The translations under genes and the position numbers were made by a program. The notes under the pieces are model-generated. The model searched no databases, was not told where the DNA came from, and was given only the letters and a program-made list of their open reading frames with translations. Of a DNA stretch of 64,000 bases, positions 11,915 through 24,800 are shown piece after piece. The stretch is taken from the NCBI GenBank assembly GCA_030265395.1, contig JARFYF010000052.1, positions 109,327,433 through 109,391,432 on the forward strand, given 5' to 3'. The stretch comes from Rhina ancylostomus (taxonomy: Eukaryota). Position 1 is the first letter of the stretch, and every line of letters starts with the position of its first letter.

Positions 11915-13260
11915 TACAAAATCAAAAAACTGTGGAGCTGGAAATACTCAACTGGTTGGACAGCAACTGTGGAGGGAAAAAGAACATTAACATTTTAAGC
12001 TGATGACTTTGCAACAGAATTGAAAAAAATATTACAGATGAGACTTTTTTAAAATATATATATAGACGTAAAGAAAATTAGGAGGGGAGAAAAGAATAAC
12101 TGGCCTATGATCTAGTAGAAGCCAGGAGTGAAAGTACAAGTCAAAAATGTGTGTGGTAAGGCGTAAGAAACACAGGACAAGTCTGGAAGGGATAAAAGGA
12201 ATATTGGTGTTCGCTATCCAAAAAAAGAGAGCTGTGTTTATTATCTGAAATTGCTGAACTAACTTTTGAGCTCATAAAGCTGTAAAGTGCCTGATCAAAA
12301 GACAAGGTGCTGTTCCTCAAACTTCTTTTAAGTTTCACTGGAGCAATAAAGGAGTTCAAGTTCCGAGAGGTCAAAGTGGAAAAGGACCAGAAAAATAAAC
12401 CGACAAGCATCTGGAACCTCATGGTTATACTTGCACACTGAACAAAGGTATTTTAGCAAGCAGCCTCCAAACTGATTTTTAGCTTACAGATACAAAGGAT
12501 AATACATCATGAGCAATGAACACAGTATTGTAAATTGAAATAATTTAAGTAAATGCTTTTTCATTGGGACAGCGCGTTTTTGGGGCCCTGAAGGATGGGG
12601 AGGGAGGGATTAAAAAGGCAGGTGTTACATGTCCTGCACTTGCACAGGTAGATGCTGTGAAAGAGGAAGGTGTGTTGAGGCTTTTTGAAGAATTGGACTG
12701 GACCAGCATGTCATGGAGGGAACAGTCCTATGGATTGCTAAAGGAGGAGGAAAAAATAGGGTTGAGGGTGATACCATCCTGGAGGTGGGCCATAGGGAAC
12801 ACTTTGATGCACCACATGTGGAGGCTGGTGGCATGGGAAGCTAATGAGGTTTCAGAAATGAGAAGGAGGAATGTGAAGAGAAAACAGGAAATGTGACAGA
12901 AACATGTATAGGTTCTGTCATCTATGGTGAAGGAGAATACTCAGTTGAGGATAAAGATGTACATCAAAAGCACTGATGTAAGAACTGAATCATCAGAACA
13001 AGTGCAATTGAGACTGAGAAACTGAGAGACAGTGAGAATTGATCAAATTCCTTACAGGAAGTGGAGTGGGAGGCATTTAATCAAGCTACCAGTTAGCTTA
13101 TTGCAAATGAAGTTCAGTAAATAATGGTGACAGAGATGTCAAAGAAGAGAAGCGAAGAGCTGGGAAAGGACCAAGAGCACACAAGACAGAACTAGAAATT
13201 GGAAACAAAGTTGGTGAAGTTTTCTTTGAGAAAAGGGCCAAAATAGTCATCGATGTATCA
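11915..13260 (-). mobile_element. Decayed Penelope-like retroelement (pLTR plus GIY-YIG endonuclease remnant)
   Basis: Minus strand at ~12440-12545 reads as a degenerate NL.YC.HCS...L.I...K..L..C.A..L.SV; pLTR motif at 11915-12020. Confidence 0.55.
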
Positions 13261-13499
13261 AAAAATCTTGGCATGTGAGAGAGAGCAGACGTAGGGCAAT
13301 AAGGAAAGATATTACAGGAAAGCAAAACAACTCACCAAGTAACTCAAGATGAAAAGATTACACAAATATTCTGAACAAATGAGAGAAACTCTTTGAAGTC
13401 AATTGAATTTGGATGCCTGCGGCTTTCACCGAAAAGAAGCCTGGTTTATTTTGATTCTTTATTGCTATTGGTGAAATTTCATTTGTACTCTTATTTCAG

Positions 13500-13619
13500 G
13501 AGCATTTAATTGAAAACGAGGTGGCAGTGCTGCGGAAGGTTAAACATCCCAACATCATCATGTTAATTGAAGAGATGGATACACCAACAGAACTCTACTT
13601 GGTAATGGAGTTAGTCAAG
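13500..13619 (+). CDS. dclk2: DCLK2 exon ([40 protein letters not shown])
   Basis: tttcAG acceptor, GTAAGA donor, 120 bp, phase 0-0; alphaC Glu and HPNI motif. Confidence 0.96.
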
Positions 13620-14789
13620 GTAAGAGGAATCAGTGAGGGTGGAGGCGGGTGTGCTGAGGAATTGATATAACTCTGTGAAGAGCTTTTATAGTAGGTCACA
13701 CAAAGGCAAAGCTTTCTTCTCCGTACATGCAGTCGTGGAAGTGGTACGCTTCAAATCTCTTCCTTTAAAAAAAAGGAACATCTACGAGGGTCAGCCCTTA
13801 CTAGATAGATAGAATTAGAGTTCCTAACAACTGCTGGGAATATTAAAAAAACTGGGGCAAAAGTTGGTATTGTCTCATTCCTGCATACAAAATTGGTGAT
13901 GCATTCATATGTAAGTGCTAGACTGAGGCCAGAGGGTCACCACTTTAATTCTTGTCAAACTGAAATACGAGGCATTTAATATTAGTTTGAGCTGGTGGTA
14001 GCATCAGCAATGGCTCTGAGGAAGTTTTGGGATGTGTATATTTTTACAGAAATTATTTAGGACTAACATTCCTTCACTCTATTGTCTCGGCTTTCCTCTT
14101 ATTCCTGCCAACAGTCCAAAATTTTACCACTATTGCTTCAATTGGTTCCACTTAAAAGTACATAATATCCATTTTTGTAAGTGGTATTCAATGCTTAGGT
14201 TATTGAATAACCTAAAAGCGTGAGGAGCCCTTACCCTGTGTATTATCCACAGTGCCTCTGTATTTCAATGTGGGTTTGTGAAGCCGGCATTATAAACTTA
14301 TGCAAGGAGTCCTGGGCCTGCATAAACCCACTGCTGGGTATGTCTGAATAATGCCCAAAATGCTATTTGGTCAGCCATAGCTTTAGCATCTTTGGGTACA
14401 AGTCATAGTGCAACTAAATTGCCACCCCCACCCCATCCCCAATTTCTGCTCCTCAGTAGCCATCTCCCCATTCCTTATACTCCCTCCTCCCTCCATCTCC
14501 GAAGTCTCAGANNNNNNNNNNNNNNNNNNNNNNNNNNNNNNNNNNNNNNNNNNNNNNNNNNNNNNNNNNNNNNNNNNNNNNNNNNNNNNNNNNNNNNNNN
14601 NNNNNNNNNNNNNNNNNNNNNNNNNNNNNNNNNNNNNNNNNNNNNNNNNNNNNNNNNNNNNNNNNNNNNNNNNNNNNNNNNNNNNNNNNNNNNNNNNNNN
14701 NNNNNNNNNNNNNNNNNNNNNNNNNNNNNNNNNNNNNNNNNNNNNNNNNNNNNNNNNNNNNNNNNNNNNNNNNNNNNNNNNNNNNNNNN

Positions 14790-14925
14790 CTGACTCCGAC
14801 TGGTTGTTTCAACAACAATGTCATGACGTTCTTTATCTTCTGTTGACGTAAGCATGCCACACACACGCACACACACACACACACTATCTTAAAGGAACAC
14901 TCACTAATAGTCCTAGTCCGTAACA
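14790..14925 (-). mobile_element. LTR end (second family) with (CA)n, next to a gap
   Basis: Ends ...ctagtccgTAACA (TGTTACGG on the minus strand); near-identical to 28400-28526. Confidence 0.6.
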
Positions 14926-17389
14926 ATGTAGATTGATATGTACACCTCCCCACTTTGGTGAGGCTGGTTCTGCTATTCCATCTCTGGCGCAAGTGCACCA
15001 GCCTCATGTCTATCCTTTCTTTACAACTTACAAAATCTTAAAGGAGATAGGACATTCAATCCAATGTTTTTGTTTCATAATTTAGGTTGCAGCAATAAAA
15101 TATTCTGCAACACAGCTTTAACTCCTCGTTTCCATTTTATCCAGTCAACTGAGTGTGTAGCACATTCCTGGTGAAAGCATTCAGAAGTTTTCCTTTTAGG
15201 TAACTGCTCTTCATTTGTATGGGATCTAAGCATTAAGTGAAATCATCACATATTTTGTATAAGAGAATTATAGAACACCCAGAATTCCCTGTACACGGTA
15301 TTCTATAATTATGAGAGTCTGGTTCTGACTGAGAGTTTCGGTGTTTTAACCCAGGGAAGAAAATCAGGCATAGATATCCTTTCAAGGTATTTTCCTCAAA
15401 TGTTGAAAGAGTTAAATATTTTCCTTTTTTATTAATCCACTCCCATGTTCTTTACTATGGAGAATATATTAATAAGGAAAAGCATCGACTGATTAGTTTC
15501 CAAGAATTACATATCATATCTTCCTCAGTAACTGTTTTGAAATTTGAAGCCGCAAAGTCTACCTGTTAAACTATGAAAAGTATTTTTTTTATAAATAACA
15601 CTACCCATGCTGAAAACAGTCTGTACTTCAAGGCTGGTTCTTGGGAGGTTAAGGTGAAATGTAATTGTGTTCATCAATCAAAAGCCATCGGTAACAATAT
15701 AAATATTTCAAACAATCAAACAGCACCTGAGGGAATGTCACCTAGTAACCACATCTCTCTTAACTGATAAAAAATTGCATCTATCTTATTAAAAATGTCT
15801 ATGAAGAAGAATTATAAATATGACAGTAGTATGCATCCAGGTATTTTAAGTCTATTGCCCTCAGGATCCAATACTTATGTTCAATTAAATGCCCAGATTT
15901 TTACTGCTAAACTCAATTTTTATTATAAAATGCCCAAGGCAGAATGTAGCGATGTGATTCTGGTGTTGCATTGTAATGAGAATGAACAACAGCCCTTTGA
16001 ATGAGATATTCATTTTCTAATCTCTTTACTATTGATGAACAAAACATGTCTTGGGTAATTCATTGACCATTAAAAAAATGACATTTGAAATATAATTTTA
16101 GTGGGTGTATGCAATAGGAAGCACAGAGTCAAGGTATAACTATTCAGGCGATTTGAATAAACCACCAGTTCCAGATTTCCCAAACTCTCTAGCTGCTTCT
16201 CTGTAATGCAGAAATAAGTGATCAAACTGGACAATATTGGTTGAATCTAATTCAGAGAGCTTTTGCTGTATCTTATGGTCAGAATCCTGATTTGAATTTA
16301 GGTTACCAACACCATTACTGAAATTTAATCTTTTTTTAGAATTCAGTTTCTGAATAAGATTGATCTGTGATCTAAACTAGATCCTGATTTGTACCAACAT
16401 TGAAGGGCTGTAAAAACAGATGCAGTTTAAAATGTTTGGAAACTTAAAACTGGGACTCCTGAGTACTGTTATCTCTGTTATTTACACAAATATTCAACAT
16501 ATTAGGTGAGTTATTATGTTTGTATTAAAAGGGACTGAAAATTTGCCAGAACAACATTATTAAACAAGTAGCCGGATGCATGCACTTAATGCATCTGGTG
16601 CTGACCCCCATCTAGGTTCAAGGGAGGGGTCAGAGGAAAGACTTGGAGGATAAGGCTAGATATGGAATAGAATACAAAACTGGTGGCTTGCATCATTCAC
16701 TGTTATATATCCTGATTGACAGTCATTGCAATTGACTTCAATCAGGATGTCTCTGTACCTGCGTATATCCAATTTCACCTCCTCTTACTTAGGAGTCCCA
16801 GTTCCACTCTCAACTGGAGAGTGTGGGTCATTGGAAAGTTTGGAACTGGTAGTTTATTCAGTATGCCTCAATAGTTATACCTTGACTCTATGCTTCCTAT
16901 TGCTGTGTATATTGAATTTCACATCCTTTTAATTTATGTGCCCTGTGTGGATGCTACCCCACTTTCCTTTAGTGCAAGGTCTAGTGACCCAGCTAACACA
17001 CTGAATTGGGAATTCTGGTTGAAGTAACCTTACATTGAGGAGACTGGTCAAATCCCTACATCCTCACTTGAAAAGGTTTTTGCTGATGCTTACTGAGAGG
17101 TCAAAATAATAATTTATTAAAAACACACATTAGACATCACAGCTGTTGTTCCCAAGGCTAGCGTGTCTCCTTCTGGATTTCCTGATCACCTAATCGCTAC
17201 CTCTCAAGCAAGGGTATTATGTATGTCTGGTTCTTGAATTCATTTCCATTGGTCTCACCTGTTATGTTGCAGGTGTGGGCAGAACAAATGACAATTCCAG
17301 TAAAAATGCAAGACTAAGCCTATACTTTAACACTTCCTGTGCACTCTTCCCAGTCCCAATGGGAAATGATTGTAAGAGAGGAAATTGTA

Positions 17390-18230
17390 GAAGCCTTGGC
17401 TTAATCTTCCAAGTGTCTACAGATGCCTGAGGACTGAAACACTGCAAATGTTAGACTCTTGTTCAAACAAGGGTTTAAGGATAAACCCAGAAACTATGGG
17501 CCAATCAGTTTTACTCAGTTGATTAGAGAGCTCTAGAAACAGTAATCAAGGACAAAATTAGTAGACTGTTGGATGAGTGAGGATTGATTAGGGGAAGTTG
17601 GCATAGGTCTGTTAAATGCAAATGGTCCAAACTAACTTGATGGAGATTTTACATGAAATTGTACAGATAGTCAATGAGGGTAATGTGGTATTTCTGAATT
17701 GCTAATAGATATTTGATAAGGTGGCACATAATAAGCTTGTCATCAAGATTGAAGCCCATGACTAAAAGGAGTTGTAGCAGCATGGATAAGACATTGGCTA
17801 AGTGACAGAAAAGAGAGTAGTAATGAAAGGTTGTGTTTTGCAGTCGAGGGAAGCATACAATGGATTCTGGAGAGGTGGATGCTAGGATATCTGTGTTTCT
17901 TAATATACATCATTGACAGGCTTTCAGGGTATCATTTTCAAACAGGTCCTAATGGACTGGAAGGAGATGTAGACAGGCTCGTGAAATGAGTGGATAAGTG
18001 GCAGATGAAGCTTAATGCTGAGAAATGTTATATTTTGATGAGAAGGGACAATATAGAGGGCACATTCTAAAAGCAGTACAAAAGCAGAAAGATCGGCAAG
18101 TATATCTGCAAAGCACTTGAAGAACTGTGGGGAAATGTTGGGAAGTGAAATTAATTGGATTGCTCTCGCATGGAGTCTCTATGGGCTTGATGGGCCAAAT
18201 GGCCTCCTTCCTTGCTGTAACCATGCTATA
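17390..18230 (+). mobile_element. Decayed CR1 reverse-transcriptase region and 3' end
   Basis: LFK.G..DKP.NY.PIS.T-like at ~17458-17520; FDKV.H..L-like at ~17712; CR1 tail at ~18180-18230. Confidence 0.65.
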
Positions 18231-18354
18231 AATCTTGCAGGAGTGAACCACAAGGACTTTGGATTTTTTTTCCCCTAAAAGGTTCTTTTACACCTTTTCA
18301 TGTTATGGCACATGGCTCGTCAGCACATTGATATCATTTGTACTTTCTTGGCAG

Positions 18355-18501
18355 GGTGGAGACTTGTTTGATGCCATAACATCATCGACTAAGTACACAG
18401 AGCGAGATGCCAGTGCAATGATGTACAACCTGGCTTCTGCACTCAAATATCTCCACAGTCTCAACATTGTGCACAGAGACATCAAGCCAGAGAACTTGTT
18501 G
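18355..18501 (+). CDS. dclk2: DCLK2 exon ([49 protein letters not shown])
   Basis: ggcAG acceptor, GTATGT donor, 147 bp; catalytic loop HRDIKPEN. Confidence 0.97.
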
Positions 18502-19439
18502 GTATGTTTCCTGACCAAGTACATGGTAGATGATTTTTTATTCCTGCAGTGTATGTGCAATTCGTGAATACAAAATGTCAGTACTCATTTTATCTATGAT
18601 TAAGGCAGTGTACAAAATGTGCCCTGTTAATCAAATCTGCATGGAATAAATCTGATATTAGCTGTAATAATTTATCATTGGATGAACATAGTCTTTGTAG
18701 AAAATAGATAATGTCAACAATGACACAGAGGAATAAGCTTTTCTTGCAAAATTCCTCTATTTTATCAGTTTTTTCAAGATATCTTCAACACTAGAATGGT
18801 CCCAGATTATATTGGATGTGATAACCAGGTATTGGGCTATTGTGCTCAAAATATATTTAACATTTTATAATCCTTTCATGGAAAGATAAGTGAGCAAGAT
18901 CAAAATCAGTTTTTCTGAACAACACTATCAAATTCATGTTTTCAGCATAGAAAATACAAACACTGAATATGATTTAAATATTTACTGCATAATTGCTAGT
19001 GGTCTGTCCCCTGAACCACTTTAAGAACCAAGCTGGTAGCCAGCTGTTACACATATGCAGATGACTGTACAGGCATGAGAAGGAAAGTGATCCTGGGTGA
19101 CGGAGGTGGACACAGCTGAAATTCTTGCACCCTTCTTTCCCACAAAAATAAAAGCTGAAAATTGTTTAAACAATCCCTTTAAGACCAACTGGTGAGGCTG
19201 CTCAATATTTGTGCAAATGGGTAGACCATATGCCTTGTCCATTTGCACTTTAGGGTCGGGGTCCTGTGCATTTCACTGGGCCCTAATTTGCATATAACTA
19301 GAGTATTTAGCCTGAAACTGGATGGTGCTCCAGCTGCAGTTATAAGGCCCAACTTATCCACAAACTGACCAGTTCTGGGTCTATCTGGTTGTACTGATTC
19401 AATCACTGTGTGTCTTTCATATGACAGTGAAGTAATTTG

Positions 19440-20110
19440 GGACCTGAAATAAATTATGTAAATTCATTTTTTTCTTCCTTAACTGTTCCTTTGTGTATTA
19501 CTCTACATGTGTTAATTTTAAAATCCATCTGCCTCATCGCCATCCATCTACATAATTGACTATCTTCAAGGAGATTTGGACCAGTCACAGTTGTGCTTAG
19601 TACTTGCCCCCAGAGCTTTGTTTCATCAGAAAATTTGATAATATTATTAGACACTTTGTTCCTTATTATTCACAATTATTACAAGCAGTAATGGGTGCAC
19701 ATCAAGCCATTTAGAACTGGTCATTTCTCCTCCGGCAGAGAATGTTCCAATTCATGCCACAATTTGCCAAGTACTCAACCCCATTCTAGCCATTGTCAAG
19801 TCATGTATCAGCATTAAGTTTCCTTCCTTAAAGAATATGATCAAATACCTTTGAAAAAAGGACCTTAATTCCCTGGATTAGCCTTGTCCATTAGTTTACA
19901 AATCATCCTAATGCAATAAAGCAGGTTTTTTAAATATGTATTTTATTTCTAAAACCTTCACACTTTATCAAATGGGCTCTACTAGATTTGTGTTCTTTAA
20001 ATATTCAGTCATGATATCCATTGTAATCTCCTCAAACATTTTTCTCCATGTGCATTTAATGCTAACTGGCTTATAACTATCAACTTAATTCTTCCCTCTT
20101 TTTGAATACT
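19440..20110 (-). mobile_element. Decayed CR1 reverse-transcriptase fragment
   Basis: Minus-strand IIKFSDETKLWG (KFADDTKL motif) and WQM.F...C.V.H-like. Confidence 0.55.
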
Positions 20111-20339
20111 AGAATGATAATATGTCCTCCTCCTGTACATAGGAATAATAGCAAAGGCATCTGTTTTCTTTTCTTGAATGATTCCAGGACCTGTCCCACC
20201 CTAAACTCCTTTTTGGAGATTTAACCCTTCAAGTTTATATGCAACTCTTTCTCTGCTGTTTTCCTTCTGTGCAATGGGTCATTTTACCCATTTACTATGA
20301 CCAGAATTATGTAATTTTCTGACATCTGCAATTTAGCAC

Positions 20340-20618
20340 TGTCATGGTTCTGAGTTCTGGCCCTCAATTTGGCTCCATTAATGCCTTGTTGTCCAGCACA
20401 TGGATTCCATGNNNNNNNNNNNNNNNNNNNNNNNNNNNNNNNNNNNNNNNNNNNNNNNNNNNNNNNNNNNNNNNNNNNNNNNNNNNNNNNNNNNNNNNNN
20501 NNNNNNNNNNNTTCCAGTTACTGCCTGCGTTTGTCCTGAGGAAGTATCCTGACTCCAGTCTTGTATCAGTGTGCGGCATTTGGGTTCTCTGAGTTTGCTC
20601 CGGATCAACATTGTGACA
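20340..20618 (+). mobile_element. Gypsy/Ty3-like LTR, probably a solo LTR, with a 5-bp TSD
   Basis: TGTCA...TGACA termini; AGCAC direct repeat at 20335-20339 and 20619-20623; internal 100-N gap. Confidence 0.8.
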
Positions 20619-23159
20619 AGCACAACAATGTTAATACTTGGTTTTTTTGCACTTTTTGTAAGGAGTCACAATCCACCTGATTTTTTTTTTTGTTGTTTTG
20701 TATCTTTGAACAAATCTCTTCTGCATTTTACATTGTTTCTATTCTCTCAGTTAAACCAAAATGGATTAACTGGTCATTAACAAATTGGAATTTGTAGAAG
20801 CTAGGTGTGCACAAGTTGGCTACCACATTTCCTACATTACAACAGGAACTATACTTCACTGTGGAAAAAACCCTGGGACAACCTGAAGCCTTGAAAGATG
20901 CATCAAATGCCTTTCTAATTTCAGTGTGGTTTTGGATTTGGAAACTGTGTTTCAGTTAAATGGCACTGGCTTTTTCATTTCATATCATATTCTTTAAGTA
21001 ATTCCATTTCCCACTCTACTTCTGTTTTTAAAATGTAGTTCACAATTAATATTGTCAAAGGCTCTTCTCTCATTTCCAATGGCACTAAGCCACACTCGGT
21101 AAGGATGTTTTCATGCAATGAAGCAATGTTAGTTTTAGTTAATGTGTACCCTTTCTGATAGGCACGACTCAAGTAAAGCTGTGTCAACTTTTGGAAGCCA
21201 GTGCCATTTCATAGCCTTGATGTAATGCTGGCTGTTTGGAACCAGGTCTTGAATCCCAAGTAGCAGTCTGCTGTAGGGCCACTGTTATTGCATGTCTTGC
21301 AGTTTGTTCTGCACTTAATTTGTACTACATTGAACCTTCTTTTCAATACAGAAAGACATGTTGTTGAATCCTGGAGGCAGGCTGATTTGTTTTCATAGAA
21401 AATAGATAAAATTATAGATGGAGTTTTCCAAAGCATCAGCACCAGTCTAAACTCCTTTTTGGAATCCCAAGCAATTCCAGCCACACAATAAACTAATGTC
21501 TGCACTGATAACAGGTGCCATTGGTTTTTGCTCAGTCACTATACAGTAATTGTATATGAGGCAGCTTCAGAAATCTAAAATCACTCTAGAAAATAATTAC
21601 AAGTCTCCTTTGGCAGCATCTAAACTTTAAGATGCCTTGATATTGGCAGTGTCCTAGTTGTGTCCTGCTGATGTGGCCAACTCAGTCCTTCCTTTATACC
21701 AGAGATAGTAGCTACCTCCATTATTTCTCCCATCAAATTCAATACTCAGCATTCATTTCAGTTTTTAATCAACTATAAGCTGCTTATTCCACTTGAACCT
21801 ATACTGTATGACCAGTACTCTGCATGGCATTGAGAGATACATTTTTAAGTTATTATTCTCCTTTTGGATGAATATAGGAATTGAGGGAAATGTTTCCAAA
21901 TCATGACTCCAACAGATTGTAATTTACCTCTTGCTGTCGCTTCAGCCCCCTAAAGAAAAAGTGGGAATGACTGTTCACACCACTGCTTTGTCATTTCCAC
22001 TAATTTTCCACTCAAGTTACGGGGTCTGCCTCAGGAAAAAAAGGTAACTGCATTGCTGTGCCATTAGTAGAGCGTACCTATATATCACTTTCCTTCTTTC
22101 AGTGTTTGGGCAAGAAGGCAATGCATCTCCCTGAAACACCCAGAGAACTGGAATATCATCAGGTCAAGACAACATAGGGTTTTGACAGAGGATCTTGCAT
22201 GTCAAACCAGTTCTAGTTCTTTGTGTTAGAGTTTGTGAATGAGAGTTCCAGGATATTCTTTACCTAGATTTTGATCTATTGCTGTGCAAAGAACATTCTG
22301 AAAGGCGTGAGAGCAGAATTGAGGTCAATTATTGTAGGGAATTGAAAACTGACTGTTTCAAAGATGGTTATACAATAAATTCCATATCAGAATCCCAAGA
22401 TCATTGCTGTAACCTTCATCATTCAAAATGTCCATCTGTGATGCAGAACGTGGATAAAACTACAGTCTTCGGAAGTTACCCACGTCCATTTCATTTTGGG
22501 CAGGTGGGGGGAGGTGTGGAATAGAGTGGGGATTAGGTGTCAGATAGATTGGGAAGATAAGTTAACAAATGGAAAATAAATTTCTATGCCAGTAGTTGTG
22601 AAGGTGGGACCAGTGACAAGATGGATTGAATGGTGACGGTCTACAAGATACAACACACAAGGAAACTTTGGGCATCAACTCTGTTTGAGATTCTTATCAG
22701 TTGGCTTGAAAATTATTTGGAATACATCTAAGATATCATTTGAGGTGAATTAACTAGAATCCCAGAATTATGTTTCTTGAGTATAATAACTACTTTGAGA
22801 CAATGAAGGGACAAAGTCAACAGAATATGCTGAAGAGTTGTGTATGTATAAAGTAGGAATGCTTTAATTCATCATGCACATCAGAAGACCAAAAAATTAT
22901 GCTTGACATTAGACCAAGCATAAACAACTTCTACATTGAAGGTGACAGTTATGAAAGGAAGTTAGTGAGCCAGTCCTGAACATAGAAAGCTCAGACTAGA
23001 GAGATGGAGCTTTTGGCTATCTCTGTCTTCAAGTGATACAGTCTGCTTATGTTTTAAATCTATATGTGTAGAGATTGATAGAAAAGTCTCCAAATCAGTA
23101 CCAGTTAGCAATACTGATTTATGACATTAGTTAGCCCCATATCAGTAGCAAATATTGCA

Positions 23160-24110
23160 TAACTTATTATCATATTAAAGAGACTAATCACTGAACTTTT
23201 TGTCCTTGCAAATTGCTACACCATCTCCAACCTTGCCTCACTCTCCAAAGTCCTTGAATGTCATAGGCTCCCAAATTTAAATCCAGCTTTCCCAAAACTC
23301 CTTGTTTGAATTCCACAGCGCTCGCCCTCATTCAAGCTTTAACACATGATCAAACCAGCTCTGATCAATGTTACTAATTTGGTTGTGACAAAAATTTATC
23401 CATCCCTCCTTGTCCTCTTGACATGTCAGCAGCTTTTAACATGGTTGGCCATTCCACTCACCTTGATGCCTACACATCATCATGCAGGTACTGAACTTAT
23501 CTGGTTTGATTCATAACTATTCAGTAAGGCCCAGAAAAGTCACCTGCAGTACCTTCCCTTCTCATGCCCATGTCATTATTTCAAGGGTAACCAGAGGATC
23601 TTTCAATTTATCATCTGTATGTTGCACATTGGCAACAAGAACATAAAACACAGTGAAAGTTTCCAGCATGTATTATAAAGACTCCCAGTTCTATCTTATC
23701 ACATGTTCTCTTGACCCATCCACTTAACCCAAGTGTCTGATGTAGAGCACTGAATGAACAGAAATTTTCTATAACTGAACATTGGAATGACCAAAACAAT
23801 TGTCTTTAGTCCCCAGTGTAAACAATGGCCCTTTTTCACCAACTACATGTCTTAAAGGTGGAAAGAAGTGGTAAAGTAGTGGAGAGGTTTAGGAATGGAA
23901 TTCCAGATCCTAGGAGAGAAGCAATGGATTTCCCTTCCTAAACCTCACTGCCACTTTGCCACTCTTCCTCTCTTCCCATCTTTAAAATGACCCTTACAAT
24001 TTTGAGTCATCTATTGTAATAACCCCTTAATTCCTTACGTGGTTCGAATCCAAATTTTGTTTAACTCAGTTGTGAATGTTTTGCTTGCTTAAAGATGTTA
24101 TATAAATGTT
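23160..24110 (+). mobile_element. Decayed L2-clade LINE
   Basis: N...ISNL..LSKVLE-like at ~23211-23260; LLVL.D.SAAF..V.H-like at ~23405-23452; ttaaagatgttatataaatg tail. Confidence 0.6.
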
Positions 24111-24459
24111 GTTATTTTTCATGAAATCAAAAATAGAAGTTGCTGTTTTGTTAATGAGTTTCATGTATTTTAAAAACATCAAATTTTTTGGTTTATCTTT
24201 CAACGCATTGCCAGTTTTTATCAACTCTCCTCCTGAAAAACAGGTGACCAGTGGGTGTGATAGCTGTTAGACACCAGGGGTCTTATTATTAACACTTCCT
24301 GGATCGTGCCATCTTTTAACTCAATAATGGGAAGTAAAAGTGATCTCCTAATTGCAGAGGCCACAAGAACTAATTGCAAGATCTAATCAGCAAACCTAAA
24401 TTTTGTAACAGGTGTGTAGATGGGCAGTTCTTTAAAACTATTGGTATGTTGTGCAGCAG

Positions 24460-24800
24460 CAACAAATAATGCAATAGATTTTTAAAATGTATAATGCATA
24501 GAATTAAATACATTATAGGAAAGAGTGTGGAGCTCTTGCAGGACACGGGAGTGAGTGCAGTTCTGCTGAACATATTGTGTCTTAAAGAGGTGCAAGAAAA
24601 GGCTACCAAAGGAGTTAAAGCAAGTATTAAACACCTGAAATACAAGGGGAAGCTGAGTTTGTTTACTTTGAAGGAGATTGGAAAGGATCTAACTGAGATA
24701 TTCAAAATCCTTACATTAGTCAAAAATGTTAAACCTGAGAAATGTTTTACCATGATCAGGAATTGAACAGTGATAACAAGACAGAATAGAATAAAGCTCA
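24460..24800 (+). mobile_element. Decayed CR1 ORF2 C-terminus
   Basis: L.EVQ.KATK...L.Y...L.LFTL.....DL.E.FKI. Confidence 0.55.
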
